A DNA stretch of 64,000 bases from Candidatus Latescibacterota bacterium (GTDB lineage Bacteria > Latescibacterota > UBA2968 > GCA-2709665). The number at the start of each line of letters is the position of its first letter. Positions within the stretch are counted from its first letter, which is position 1. Shown here piece after piece: positions 1-9,975 of this stretch. The translations under genes were made by a program, and so were the position numbers. The notes below the pieces were generated by a model, which was not told the DNA's origin, did not search any database, and was given only the letters and a program-made list of their open reading frames with translations. Location: positions 1,824,001 to 1,888,000 of the forward strand of contig CBDCOX010000002.1 of NCBI GenBank assembly GCA_965219995.1. The letters are read 5' to 3'.

Positions 1-865
1 CCAGCGCTTCCGTACGGGCTGCGAGTACAACCGCCTCCCGGCTCGCCTCGGTCAATGTTCCGTATGCCTCGCCCGCAAAGGACCCGTAGGTCTCGAAGTC
101 GCCTCCGGAAAAAGACAGGTCCAGGGAGAGCATCCCGGCCACCTCGTTTGCAACGCGGGCGAGGTTGGCCGCGTCTTCTTCGTCATCCTGGGGGCTCGGA
201 CTGATCCCCACGACACGGACCGGGTCCGCCAGCGCCCGTGCGCCCACGACCAGCCCCACGTGCGTATGCACCCCCGAGCACACGTAAAGGCCGTCCGGGC
301 GGATGTCACGTTCCCGCAACTGTTCCCACAGTTCCAGAAAACCGTCGACGTAGGAAATGCTTCGCAGGTAATACCCGTCCGTGCTGGTATTGTAGACCCT
401 GAGACCGTCCGCCTCCAGGCGGTCGATGACCCGCTCCTTCTCATCGGGACTGTCTACGAGGTGAACCTCGGCGCCGAACAGGTGATCCAGGAGCAGGTTC
501 CCGTTCACGGGACGGGAGTGTGCGTCCTTCCGTCCGACCATGACGGCTTTAAGCCCGAATCGCGCCGCCATCGCCGCGGTAAGGCGGGACTGATTCGACT
601 GGGACGCCGCCCCGTGCAGCAAAACGTCGTATCCTTCCCGGATTGCCGGCGCCACCGAATATTCGAACTCCCGTACCTTATTGCCGCCGAAGGCCATGCC
701 GGTCTGGTCCTCCCGCTTGACCCAGATGCGGGGACCTCCCAGCTTCTCCGAGAGCCTGGGACATTCCAGGAGCGGTGTGGGCAGGTCCGCCAGGGACAGA
801 CGGGAAAAACGCGCCAGCCGTTTCTTCAACGCGCAGGCCGTAACCACGGGTTTCACGGCCGCCAT
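1..865 (-). CDS. PLP-dependent D-cysteine desulfhydrase / ACC deaminase family enzyme (3' end beyond window)
   Basis: Not in ORF track because it runs off the window. Manual translation from ATG at 865 gives MAAVKPVV...LADLPTPLLECPRLSEKLGGPRIWVKREDQTGMAFGGNKVREFEY...QSNQSR, with the family GGNKxR PLP-lysine motif. RBS-like AGGAAAGG upstream. Confidence 0.85.
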   Translation of the reverse strand, partial: MAAVKPVVTACALKKRLARFSRLSLADLPTPLLECPRLSEKLGGPRIWVKREDQTGMAFGGNKVREFEYSVAPAIREGYDVLLHGAASQSNQSRLTAAMAARFGLKAVMVGRKDAHSRPVNGNLLLDHLFGAEVHLVDSPDEKERVIDRLEADGLRVYNTSTDGYYLRSISYVDGFLELWEQLRERDIRPDGLYVCSGVHTHVGLVVGARALADPVRVVGISPSPQDDEEDAANLARVANEVAGMLSLDLSFSGGDFETYGSFAGEAYGTLTEASREAVVLAARTEAL

Positions 866-978
866 ACGAGCACCTTTCCTTCGCTGCTTCCAGGGCTTGA
901 CACCAGTGTCCTGTCCCGAAAACACCTCACCATTCTTCCGCCGATTCATCCCGTCTCGCAGCGTTGCCACGCAAACGA

Positions 979-1007
979 AATATAGTTTTCCGGAACTTCA
1001 GATGCAA
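979..1007 (-). promoter_or_regulatory. sigma70-like promoter for the desulfhydrase gene
   Basis: TTGCAT-17 nt-TATATT on the minus strand. Confidence 0.5.
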
Positions 1008-1030
1008 TGACTATCCCCGAGCAGCCATGC

Positions 1031-1059
1031 AAAACCCCGCCGGCGAAGCGCCGGCGGGG
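1031..1059 (-). terminator. intrinsic terminator after arsC-like gene
   Basis: CCCCGCCGGCG-CTT-CGCCGGCGGGG followed by TTTT on the minus strand. Confidence 0.75.
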
Positions 1060-1100
1060 CCGAAACCCGATACTCAGGGAGCGGGTTCCATCAGCGCCCG

Positions 1101-1451
1101 TCAAAGAATCTCCAGCACGTTCTCGGGCGGGCGGCCCAGTCTTGCCCGGCTTCCACTGACGACGATCGGCCTCTCGATCAGGATGGGCTGTCTCGTCATC
1201 GCGCGGATCAGCGCCATGCGATCGTCCGCCTTTTCTTCGAGGCGAAGCTCGCCGGTTTCATCTTCACCGGTCCGGACAAGATCCATGGGTCGGATGCCGA
1301 GCATGTCCAATATCCGGGAAAGCGTCTGCTCGTCCGGGGGCGTTTTCAGATACTCGACGATTCTCGGCTCGACACCGCGCTCCCTCAACAGTTTCAACGT
1401 CTGCCTGCTTTTGCTGCAAGCCGGATTGTGGTAGATGACGACTTCGCTCAC
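1101..1451 (-). CDS. arsC: arsenate reductase (glutaredoxin) / ArsC family protein
   Basis: IYHNPACSKSR and LIERPIV motifs; GTG start preceded by AAGGAGG. Confidence 0.85.
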   Translation of the reverse strand: MSEVVIYHNPACSKSRQTLKLLRERGVEPRIVEYLKTPPDEQTLSRILDMLGIRPMDLVRTGEDETGELRLEEKADDRMALIRAMTRQPILIERPIVVSGSRARLGRPPENVLEIL

Positions 1452-1478
1452 GAAAGCCTCCTTGCATTCATTGCCCAA

Positions 1479-3182
1479 TCAGGGTATCACCGGCAGAACC
1501 ACCCGGGACGGCCGGCCCGCGTCGTGGAAGATTCTCTGATGCGCCGTCTGCAGATCCGTGTCACGGTAATCGTCGCCGCCGGTATTGTGGTTCCTGTCGA
1601 AGTTCGGAAAATCGCTGCTGGAAACGTCCAGCCGGATGAGATGCCCCTTTCTGAAGAGATTGCTTGTGGGATTCACCCGGATGGTGTATTCGTAGACCCG
1701 GTCCGGCTCAATCAGCGACGGATTATCGAAAGAATCCCGATACCGCGCACGAACAATGCCGTGACACAATTCCTGGGCAAATCCGTTGGGCCATACGTCG
1801 ATCAGCTTGGCGACGAAATCGGTATCGCGCGCGGATGAGGACGCGAAAAGACGTACTTCCACCGGCCCGGTCACTTCAATCGGCGCATCCAGCGGCGGCG
1901 TCATATACACCATCACGTCGCGTCGGCCGTCGAGGGCACGCTGGTCCATGGGTGCGTGTTGCCCGCCCGGGGTGTAGAGCGTCATTACCGGATCTCTCGG
2001 ATCGTACACGTACGCATCCGGAGTCTCCTCGCCCGGCGCTTCCGGAGACAGACGTCCTACGCCCGCAGGCAAGTCCGCGTGGCCCGAACTGTGCAGATAG
2101 TACGTCGTATAGAGCGTACGCTGCAGCGGCCACTCGCGTTCTCCCCGCCAGGTATTGGCCCCCATGACGAAAAGATGCAGCGGGGGCCAGTCCGAAGCCT
2201 CGCCCGGTTCCCCTTTCAGCCAGCGCGAGAACCATGCATCCGCGATTTCGTAAAAGTCCCGCACGGCTTCCGGTCCGAAATCCAACTCACCCACATGCCG
2301 GTCCAGGTCCAGGAGCGTGTGGGTCCACGGACCGACGATCATGTGTTGATTCTGCCGGGCGCGCGGACTCCCTCCGTTTTCCCGCATGCCCGTAAAGTGC
2401 TTGAATATGCCGATCTGCTGATCATACCACCCCGCCGTACCCAGCACGGGGACCTCCACGTTCGCGTGTTTGTCCTGGAAACGGAAGTGGTCCGTGGCAT
2501 GGTCTTCGAGCCACCGCTTCCAATGTCTGCCCATCCCCGGCATCACATCCTCGGGGATATCCATCAGCGGCAGATACCAGAGCCATTTGCTCCGGTCCCG
2601 GTCCTGCCACAGCCGCGACGCGTCGTCCTTTGCCCTTTCCTTCCAGGGGTGCCCGGTTCGCCGGGCAGTGTCTACCGACAGGTTGTTAATGGTCCAATCC
2701 ATCACCCGTCCGAGGCGGAGCACGCCGCTCAACTCCCTGTCCAGAAGGTTCGCGGCAATCCCGCCCGCAAGCATGGCCACCAGATTGGGCGGCCGCGTGT
2801 GCGCGAGTTCCCACTGCGTCCACCCGTCGTACGAATTTCCGAATGTACCCACCCTGCCGTCGGACCATGGCAGTGCGGCCGCCCAAGCCACCGTATCGTA
2901 GCCGTCCTCAGAATCGCGGTGATCAGCGCTGTAGAACCCGGGCTGAAACTCTCCGTCCGATGCGTACCGCCCGCGAACGTCCTGAATGACCACGACGTAT
3001 CCCCGCTCGGCCATTTTCGGGCCAATCTCAAGCTGCTTCTCTCCCCCCTTGTCGTATGGCGTCCGGCAAAGCAATACCGGAAACTTGCCCCGTATATCAG
3101 GCCGGTAGACGTCCCCGCGCAGCAACGTACCGTCACGCATTACGGCCTGAAGATCCCTTTCCTTCACCGTACGGTAAGGCAT
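1479..3182 (-). CDS. CocE/NonD family hydrolase
   Basis: MRDGTLLRGDVYRP, RTPY, QDVRGRYASDG, nucleophile GNSYDG, GPWTH, C-terminal SSSDFPNFDRN. Confidence 0.92.
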   Translation of the reverse strand: MPYRTVKERDLQAVMRDGTLLRGDVYRPDIRGKFPVLLCRTPYDKGGEKQLEIGPKMAERGYVVVIQDVRGRYASDGEFQPGFYSADHRDSEDGYDTVAWAAALPWSDGRVGTFGNSYDGWTQWELAHTRPPNLVAMLAGGIAANLLDRELSGVLRLGRVMDWTINNLSVDTARRTGHPWKERAKDDASRLWQDRDRSKWLWYLPLMDIPEDVMPGMGRHWKRWLEDHATDHFRFQDKHANVEVPVLGTAGWYDQQIGIFKHFTGMRENGGSPRARQNQHMIVGPWTHTLLDLDRHVGELDFGPEAVRDFYEIADAWFSRWLKGEPGEASDWPPLHLFVMGANTWRGEREWPLQRTLYTTYYLHSSGHADLPAGVGRLSPEAPGEETPDAYVYDPRDPVMTLYTPGGQHAPMDQRALDGRRDVMVYMTPPLDAPIEVTGPVEVRLFASSSARDTDFVAKLIDVWPNGFAQELCHGIVRARYRDSFDNPSLIEPDRVYEYTIRVNPTSNLFRKGHLIRLDVSSSDFPNFDRNHNTGGDDYRDTDLQTAHQRIFHDAGRPSRVVLPVIP

Positions 3183-3252
3183 TCGCGTGTTCCCGTTCCC
3201 CGGTTCGAATGACTCGACGGTTCACGCCGGAGACCCCCTCGCGGGGCGGCAA

Positions 3253-5055
3253 TCAGTTCAATGACCAGACCAGCACGGTGGTATCCGCGGAACCGGTCAA
3301 CAACCGCAGCCCGTCCGGACTCGCCGTCAGTGCATGTACAGCCCCCTCATGCCCCGTGAACTCGGCCGGGGGAGCCGTGGATCCCGGATCCCAGACAATC
3401 ACCCTGCCATCCTGCCCCGCCAGACAAATCGACCCCGTGTCGGGAAGATAAAGGATATCCTCAACGCCGTCACCATGCGCGTACGAGCGCACCTCCCGCC
3501 CTTCCTGCAAGTCCCATTCAACCACCCACCCGTCACGGCCCGCGGAGATCACATGGCCATCCGGTCCAAAGGCCACGGACTGTACCCAGCCGCGGTGGGC
3601 GGTCGCCGTCGCGTTCAACTCTCCGGTCGCCAGATGCCAGAGCCTCACGGTGCCGTCCCGACCACCGCTCACGAGTTGCCGGGCATCCGCCGAGACCCCC
3701 AGCGCCAGTACGCCGCCCAGATGCGCTTCCAGCTTGCGTACGGCCCGTCCTGTAACGGCATCCCACACCCGGACCGACCCATCGTCGGCGGCGCTTACGA
3801 TTTCCCCGGCGCTCGCAAAGGCCACCGCCCGTACATATCCGCGGTGCCCTTCCAACGCGCGCACTTCCTTGCCGCTCGCGCTGTCCAGGACCCGTACGCT
3901 GCCGTCCTTGCATCCCGCCGCAACCAGCGCGCCGTCGGGAGAAACCGCCAGCGCGTGGACCTCTCCGCCCGGGCACCCCACCGTTTGTGTTGTCGTCCAT
4001 CCCCCCGTTTCCCACCACCGGATGGTCTTGTCCGACGATCCTGAAATCGCATGGGATCCATCGGGAGTAACGACGAGTGCCCGAACACCCGCCATGTGCC
4101 TTTCCCACTTCAGACGAGGCAGCCCCGTCTCCGCGCTGGTCTCCGCCAGCAGCCCGTCACTGCCGTGGGACAGCACCCAGTCTCCATCGGGCGAAACCCG
4201 GATTCGGTTTACATGGTTCTGATGCGGGTACCATCGCCTCCGAACCGCGGCCGCATGACGGTCCCACAGCCGGATCGACCCGTCCCTGGATCCTGTCAGA
4301 ACCTGCCGGTCGTCCCGGGCGTATGCCACGGACGGCACCGCGTGCCCCAGGTGCCCCGTATAGGTCTCCAGGCGTTCGTAATCGTACAGGCGCCACTCGT
4401 TCGACATGTGGCGCGTGCCCACCAGAAGCCGCTCTCCGTCCGCGGACAGGCACATATCGTAGCAGACGTAATCCTCGACGAAGACCTTCAGCCGGGCGCC
4501 GGTCGCCAGGTCGAAGTGGTAGACATTATTGCCGGGCTGATGGGCGACCAGCGCCGTCCGGCCATCCGGGCCGTACAGGCAGAGATCGAAGCGCTCACCG
4601 GCATCTGAAATCGCTATGCGCCGCCGGCCGGTCTTCCGGTCCCACTCCTCCACGGCGCCCGTCTTCTGGTCAAGCGTGAGCACCCGGTCCTCGTCAGGCG
4701 AATAGCGCAGGGAGACGAGCGACGTGCGTCCCGTGTCAAAGCGAACCGATTCCCGTGTTCTTTCGGCCAGGTTCCACTCACTTATCACGCCCGCTTCGTC
4801 CGCGAACAACGCCCTTGACACGTCGCGGTTCCATGCCGCGGCCGTGAGACGATGCTCCGAAACCTGTTGCCGTGCAATGCAGTTGCCCTGTATCAGATCC
4901 CATATGCAAAGGCATGCCCCCGAAAGCACGAACGCGTTCATGCCGTCGGCGGAGTAGAACATATCGGTGACCGACCCGCGCATCCGGCGGGTGCCGAGGC
5001 GCTGAACCGCGCGATCCGGCAGGGGATCGCCGAGATGGTCCTTAAGACCGTTCAT
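3253..5055 (-). CDS. WD40-repeat beta-propeller protein
   Basis: Many GH...SGSxDxT(V/I)RxW repeats; N-terminal GDPLPxxAxxRLG motif. Confidence 0.9.
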   Translation of the reverse strand: MNGLKDHLGDPLPDRAVQRLGTRRMRGSVTDMFYSADGMNAFVLSGACLCIWDLIQGNCIARQQVSEHRLTAAAWNRDVSRALFADEAGVISEWNLAERTRESVRFDTGRTSLVSLRYSPDEDRVLTLDQKTGAVEEWDRKTGRRRIAISDAGERFDLCLYGPDGRTALVAHQPGNNVYHFDLATGARLKVFVEDYVCYDMCLSADGERLLVGTRHMSNEWRLYDYERLETYTGHLGHAVPSVAYARDDRQVLTGSRDGSIRLWDRHAAAVRRRWYPHQNHVNRIRVSPDGDWVLSHGSDGLLAETSAETGLPRLKWERHMAGVRALVVTPDGSHAISGSSDKTIRWWETGGWTTTQTVGCPGGEVHALAVSPDGALVAAGCKDGSVRVLDSASGKEVRALEGHRGYVRAVAFASAGEIVSAADDGSVRVWDAVTGRAVRKLEAHLGGVLALGVSADARQLVSGGRDGTVRLWHLATGELNATATAHRGWVQSVAFGPDGHVISAGRDGWVVEWDLQEGREVRSYAHGDGVEDILYLPDTGSICLAGQDGRVIVWDPGSTAPPAEFTGHEGAVHALTASPDGLRLLTGSADTTVLVWSLN

Positions 5056-6089
5056 GACTCGACCCTCTGATTCTCGACCAGTTGACCCTCAGGCCCCAGC
5101 AGATTCTGGTACGCCCGCGTATTTCCGCCGGCCCGCACGACGTTTTCGGGCAGGGGGCTGAGGCAACGGTTATGGTGAATGCGGGCATCCTGGCACGGCG
5201 CACCCCGAATCACCACGCTGCGTACGTGCTGTGCGATAAACGTGTTGTGATGGATGTCCATCCAGTCTCCTGAGATCTCGGTCGCGTCTCCCCGATCCTG
5301 CCCGCCGTGCATGTCGAACAGGTGACCGTTGGCATGATCCAGACAGATATTGTAACGGGCCTCGTAGCCGGAACCGGGCGTTCCGCTTGACGCGACATGG
5401 TGTCTGCACCAGTCAAACAGATTCGCCTCGACCAGGACGGTAGCGCCGTTGATGCTGACGCCGTAGCCCAGGCCGCCTTTCTGATTGTGGTGGATGAAGT
5501 TGTGGTGCACGTATCCCCTGGTCGCACCGTCGTCGAACCGGGTGGCTGCCACGCTGAAGCCACGGATCTCGCAATTGTCGATCTCCAGCGCGAAGTGGGA
5601 GGTGAGAATTCCGTTGGATGTATGCGCCGCCCGGTCGCGGTGGGGGTAGGGTCCCCGAAAACGCAGCCCCGTTACACGAATGCAATCCCCTTCCGTCCGC
5701 AAGAGAAAGGGCGTATCCGGCGCGTTTGAATAGACCAGACCTCCCGCCGAGCCGTCCGTGCCGCGGTCACCGGTCAGCGTCACCGCTTCCGGAATCCCGA
5801 GACCCGGCCGCCCGCTCATGTCGATCCGGACGTCAGCCGGTACGAAGACCACGTCGCCCGCCGTAGCTTCTTCAAGCGCCAGCGCCAGTTCTTCGTAACT
5901 GCGGACGGAACGGTCGCGGGTCTTGACGACGTCCGCGTAGCCATCGCCTCCGCCTATCGGATTCCCCGTGGGGTTGCATTCCGCACCGAATGTCTCCGCC
6001 GCCCGGCCCTCCCGGTTTTCTTCGTCCGCCCAACGCGCCGTACGTGCCGTGAGTATCCCCCCGCCCGACCTTCGTTCGATCAAAACCAC
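5052..6089 (-). CDS. right-handed parallel beta-helix protein (pectin-lyase-like fold)
   Basis: IDNCEI, VHHNFIHHN, GLGYGV, VEANLF, IHHNTF repeats; GTG start chosen after GGAGG (start uncertain). Confidence 0.7.
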   Translation of the reverse strand: MVLIERRSGGGILTARTARWADEENREGRAAETFGAECNPTGNPIGGGDGYADVVKTRDRSVRSYEELALALEEATAGDVVFVPADVRIDMSGRPGLGIPEAVTLTGDRGTDGSAGGLVYSNAPDTPFLLRTEGDCIRVTGLRFRGPYPHRDRAAHTSNGILTSHFALEIDNCEIRGFSVAATRFDDGATRGYVHHNFIHHNQKGGLGYGVSINGATVLVEANLFDWCRHHVASSGTPGSGYEARYNICLDHANGHLFDMHGGQDRGDATEISGDWMDIHHNTFIAQHVRSVVIRGAPCQDARIHHNRCLSPLPENVVRAGGNTRAYQNLLGPEGQLVENQRVES

Positions 6090-6140
6090 TGAAACACCTC
6101 CCGTCTTCAACGGTACAGGACATTCTTTGGGACAGGACAC

Positions 6141-7322
6141 TTAGTCCGACACCCCGCAAAAATCCATCGCCATCAGCGCATAGACCCTTGCGGCTGCCTC
6201 GATGCGGGCCACCGACACCCACTCGTTGTCGGAATGGGCCGTCTCGTTCGACGGACCGTAGTAAAAGGTGGGCACCCCGGTCTCGTTCATATAGATATTG
6301 GCATCGCCCACCAGCCGTCTTCCCACGTACCTGACGTCCGCGCCAACCACCTCCCGGTGGGCCGCGGCCGCAGCCTGAACCGCAGGGTCGTCCCGCGGTG
6401 TCTCGAATGGCTCCCGCTGCAGCGCCATGTCGACGGAAAGCTCCATTTCGCCGGCCCTGGCAAAAGGCTCAGCCATCGATTCCAGTTCGATCAGTACCGA
6501 AGATTTGGTCTTGCCCGGCAGCCACCGCCGCGTCCCGGTAAGCACGCACCGGCCCGGCGTCCGGTTGAAGTAGTCGCCGGCCCGAACGATGCCCAGATCG
6601 ATCCGCTCCGGTCCGGCCAGCGGATGCACGTCGCCGGCATCCAGCTCCCGCTGCCTCTCGGTAATTCTCCGGATCAGGTCTCCCACGTGGCGGATGGGGT
6701 TTTCAGGAAACGACACGTAATTCGTATGCGTGCCGCCGCGTTCGGATGTCAGCGTGATCGTGAACACCATCGACCCCATGCTCATCACCCAGAGTTCGTC
6801 ACCGCCCTCTACGATGAGAATACGGTCGCATTTCAGCCGTCCGCCGTTCACGTCCGCCACGAGCGCCAGCGGGCCGTCTTTCTCGGCTTCAGGTTCCTCG
6901 TGGCCGACCACACCGGTGACGATCAGATCGCCTTTGAGACGCACCCCCGAATCCTGAAACGCCTTTGCCGCACCCAGCATCGCAGCCACGCCGCCCTTCA
7001 TATCCGTCGTGCCACGACCGAAGATTCGATCGCCGTCCCGGCGCACGGGGGTGCAGTCGCCGATAGGAATCGTATCCAGGTGCCCATTCAGCAGCAACGC
7101 GGGGCCGTCGTTGGTACCCCCGATTCCGGCGTACAGATTTCTCCGTCCCGGCGTCACTTCGTGCGCGTCCACGTCCAGCCCCAGATCGGCCAGTTGCGCC
7201 TCGAAACACGCACAGACTTCGGCTTCCTCGCCGGTGACGCTGGGAATCTCGACAAGGCTGAGTGCCTGTTCGGCCATCCATTCCACGTCGATCGCATTCA
7301 GAACCGCCTCGCGCGCGCCCAT
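6141..7322 (-). CDS. M20 family metallopeptidase (ArgE/DapE-like deacylase)
   Basis: NGHLDT, GRGTTDMKGG, HEE, AHSDNE metal ligands; ATG at 7322 directly follows the upstream TGA. Confidence 0.88.
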   Translation of the reverse strand: MGAREAVLNAIDVEWMAEQALSLVEIPSVTGEEAEVCACFEAQLADLGLDVDAHEVTPGRRNLYAGIGGTNDGPALLLNGHLDTIPIGDCTPVRRDGDRIFGRGTTDMKGGVAAMLGAAKAFQDSGVRLKGDLIVTGVVGHEEPEAEKDGPLALVADVNGGRLKCDRILIVEGGDELWVMSMGSMVFTITLTSERGGTHTNYVSFPENPIRHVGDLIRRITERQRELDAGDVHPLAGPERIDLGIVRAGDYFNRTPGRCVLTGTRRWLPGKTKSSVLIELESMAEPFARAGEMELSVDMALQREPFETPRDDPAVQAAAAAHREVVGADVRYVGRRLVGDANIYMNETGVPTFYYGPSNETAHSDNEWVSVARIEAAARVYALMAMDFCGVSD

Positions 7323-7323
7323 T

Positions 7324-8055
7324 TCAGACCTCGCCGCAGGCACGGACGAACGCGTCCGAGGTGGATGTATAGCCGACATTCGCTTCGATGAACCGGATCC
7401 CGAATAGGCCGGCCAGCCCCTCTGCCTCGGTCTCGGGGTATTCCAGGGTACTGCAACAGTCCCGAAGCACGATCACGCGGTAATTCCGGTACATCGCCTC
7501 GGTGACCGTCGTCCCCAGGCAGATCCGCGTGTCGAATCCCACCGTCACCAGGTTGTAGATCCCCAGGCTGCGAAGCAGCGAATCCAGGTGGGTCTCGAAG
7601 AATCCGCTGTACATCTGTTTCTTTACGAGGTAATCTCCGGCTTCCGGAGCGATCACATCCGAAAACGCAAGGATATCATTCGGTTCCGGCCACGCCTCCA
7701 GAACATCCACACCGCAGGTCCGGATGGACATATTGCGCCACTCCGTCCGTTCGTTGGTCGAGGGCGCCAGGTAATTCGTGACGTAGACGACGGGCAGTCC
7801 GAGGCGTTTTGCGGCGTCTTTGGCGGGACGGATGTGATTCACCACGATCTCGCGGTTTTTTATCACGGCGGCGCGATACAGCTCCGGTACGTCTCCCACG
7901 TCGTGGTCGGGGTCATAGCCCTTTCCGTAGACGTCCACCAGAAAAAACGCCGTTTTGTCCAGACCCAGTTCAAGTTCCTCCTCGGCATGTCCCAGATGGC
8001 GGCCGGGCGGGTGCTGCCGGTAGTACCTGCCTCTCAGGCGAATCTCTTTCGACAT
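7324..8055 (-). CDS. isochorismatase-like cysteine hydrolase
   Basis: LVDVY (Asp), KKQMYSGF (Lys), GFDTRICL (Cys) triad. Confidence 0.85.
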   Translation of the reverse strand: MSKEIRLRGRYYRQHPPGRHLGHAEEELELGLDKTAFFLVDVYGKGYDPDHDVGDVPELYRAAVIKNREIVVNHIRPAKDAAKRLGLPVVYVTNYLAPSTNERTEWRNMSIRTCGVDVLEAWPEPNDILAFSDVIAPEAGDYLVKKQMYSGFFETHLDSLLRSLGIYNLVTVGFDTRICLGTTVTEAMYRNYRVIVLRDCCSTLEYPETEAEGLAGLFGIRFIEANVGYTSTSDAFVRACGEV

Positions 8056-8070
8056 CGGAGCCTCCAGCAA

Positions 8071-9054
8071 TCAATGGGTCTCCACCGTTACCGGAGCCTT
8101 GCGTTCCAGTGACCTGTAGGCCGCCTCGGAAAGCCGTGCGACCTGCAGGGCAAAGTCCGGAACTTCATATCCCACTCCGCCGCTCCGGATCCAGTCGAAG
8201 AACGCCGCGTCGGGCGTGGTCTCGTGAATCCGGTCGGGAATCGTCATGGGTTCGTCGTTCACCAGCACCGCCTTTACGTTCCACTTGTAGAGGTGGAAGA
8301 CGATGCATCCGTCCGCGCCATGGATGGCAATGCGCTCGTCGTGCTCCCTGGCATTGCCGAACGTGCTGATGGTGCCCACGGCCCCGCCGTCAAACCGCAC
8401 GTTCAGTACGGCGTTGACGTCCACGTCCAATCCCCCGCAGTCCATAAACGCGGAGACTTCCACCGGCGCCAGCCCGGTAATCCACAGCGTTGACGCAACC
8501 AGGTGGCTGCCCGTATCCATGAACATACCGCCACCGGAAAGTTCCGGGTCCAGACGCCAGCCCTTCACGCCCCCCCAATTCTGCGTCACGTAGGAAACAA
8601 CCCCGCGCAACTCCCCGATGTGTCCACCGCGCACCAGTTCCCGTGCGTACACGTGCGGGGAGAAGTAGTTCCGCTGGTAGCTCACCTGCAGAAACCGCTC
8701 CTTCTCCGCCGCCAGATCAATCAGCGCCCGCGTATGCGCCGAAGACACCGTCAGCGGCTTTTCCACCAGTACGTGCAATCCGGCTTCAAGCCCGAGCCTC
8801 GCCTGTTCGTAGTGCATCGAATGCGGCGAACTGATGAAAATCGCGTCGAGCGCCTCCTCCTGAATCATGCGACGATAGTCCTCGTAACAGGGGACCTCGC
8901 GTCCGTATCGATCCATCAGCAGCCGGGCTTGTTCCGATACCGGTTCCGCCACGCAAACCAGCGTCACATCCTGCTCTGCCTGAATCCGCGGCACGTGCGC
9001 GCCGCGCATATTGCCGCCGCAGCCGATGAGACCCAGACGAATCGCTTCAGCCAT
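8071..9054 (-). CDS. Gfo/Idh/MocA family oxidoreductase
   Basis: GLIGCG, HVLVEKP, GGGMFMDTGSH; start MAEAIR after GGAGGA. Confidence 0.92.
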   Translation of the reverse strand: MAEAIRLGLIGCGGNMRGAHVPRIQAEQDVTLVCVAEPVSEQARLLMDRYGREVPCYEDYRRMIQEEALDAIFISSPHSMHYEQARLGLEAGLHVLVEKPLTVSSAHTRALIDLAAEKERFLQVSYQRNYFSPHVYARELVRGGHIGELRGVVSYVTQNWGGVKGWRLDPELSGGGMFMDTGSHLVASTLWITGLAPVEVSAFMDCGGLDVDVNAVLNVRFDGGAVGTISTFGNAREHDERIAIHGADGCIVFHLYKWNVKAVLVNDEPMTIPDRIHETTPDAAFFDWIRSGGVGYEVPDFALQVARLSEAAYRSLERKAPVTVETH

Positions 9055-9916
9055 TCCTCCCTCCTTTGGTTTCATTGTTGTCGCCGCCTGTTGCGCCCAG
9101 ACAACCTCTGACGTACTCCAGATTTCTGAGACTGTTCGCTGCCAGCCCGACAAACGCCGGATCGGCCACCTCGAATGCATCCGGACTGATGTCCAGGTGT
9201 GTTTCCACCACGACAAAGCCCTCGTACCCGTCGGCGCGGAGGGCATTCAACTGCCCCGGCCAGTCCACGACGCCCTCCTCCGCCAGACACCAGCCGCCCG
9301 TGTCCGGATCGAAATTCTTTACGTGTACATGGGAAACAAGGTCTTTCAGGTCCGTATATTCGCCAGGGTAGGGCGATGCGGAACCTGCCCGTGCGGAATT
9401 GCCGGGGTCCCAGCAAAGCGAGATACGGTCTTCGCCCACCTGTCGAATGAGCGTCGCCGCCTCGGCGCCGGTTGCCCCCCAGCAGACCGCCTCGTTCTCC
9501 AGCGCCAGACGACATCCCTCCCTCTCCGCGACGTCCGCCATCTGTCCCAGCCGGTCCACAATCGCCGCCGGAGGTCGCGGCGCATCCGTCCGCTCGAAGG
9601 CGAAACAGGACACCCGATCGGTACCCAATCGTCGAGCCCATTCGCACGCCCGGGGCAGGGAGTTCTCCAGCTGCTCATCGACGCCAGGGTCGTCCAGCGA
9701 TCCCTTGAAGAACCCCGGAGATACCCCCGATATTCCCAGACCCGAATCCAGAATCCGTGCGTTGAAGTCTGCCAGCTCGTCGTCGGTAACGGCAGGAAAC
9801 CGGCCGGCCGCAAGCTGCCGCAACTCCACGTGCGAGACCCCCCACTCTGCCGCGAGGGATATCGCGCGGACCGGGTCGTTTCGATCGATTTCATCCGCAA
9901 AAATCGAGATTTGCAC
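9047..9916 (-). CDS. sugar phosphate isomerase/epimerase (xylose-isomerase-like TIM barrel)
   Basis: FADEI, LALENE, WDPGN, HVHVKN, VETH. Confidence 0.85.
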   Translation of the reverse strand: MQISIFADEIDRNDPVRAISLAAEWGVSHVELRQLAAGRFPAVTDDELADFNARILDSGLGISGVSPGFFKGSLDDPGVDEQLENSLPRACEWARRLGTDRVSCFAFERTDAPRPPAAIVDRLGQMADVAEREGCRLALENEAVCWGATGAEAATLIRQVGEDRISLCWDPGNSARAGSASPYPGEYTDLKDLVSHVHVKNFDPDTGGWCLAEEGVVDWPGQLNALRADGYEGFVVVETHLDISPDAFEVADPAFVGLAANSLRNLEYVRGCLGATGGDNNETKGGRNG

Positions 9917-9975
9917 TTTATGCTCCCTGGCGCCCACAGACGCGGTACCGGATCCGTTGAATAACAGCGATCACT

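Noticed and set aside
1-865. Specific call as ACC deaminase (acdS) or dcyD
   Set aside because: The discriminating C-terminal residues lie beyond the window edge
260-985. 241-aa plus-strand ORF and the many other long antisense ORFs (e.g. 25607-27817, 30235-31821, 37510-39390, 57375-59186)
   Set aside because: Shadow frames of high-GC genes on the opposite strand; the real genes carry family motifs and these do not
1101-1451. Arsenic resistance operon
   Set aside because: No arsR, arsB or acr3 nearby; stand-alone ArsC-family gene
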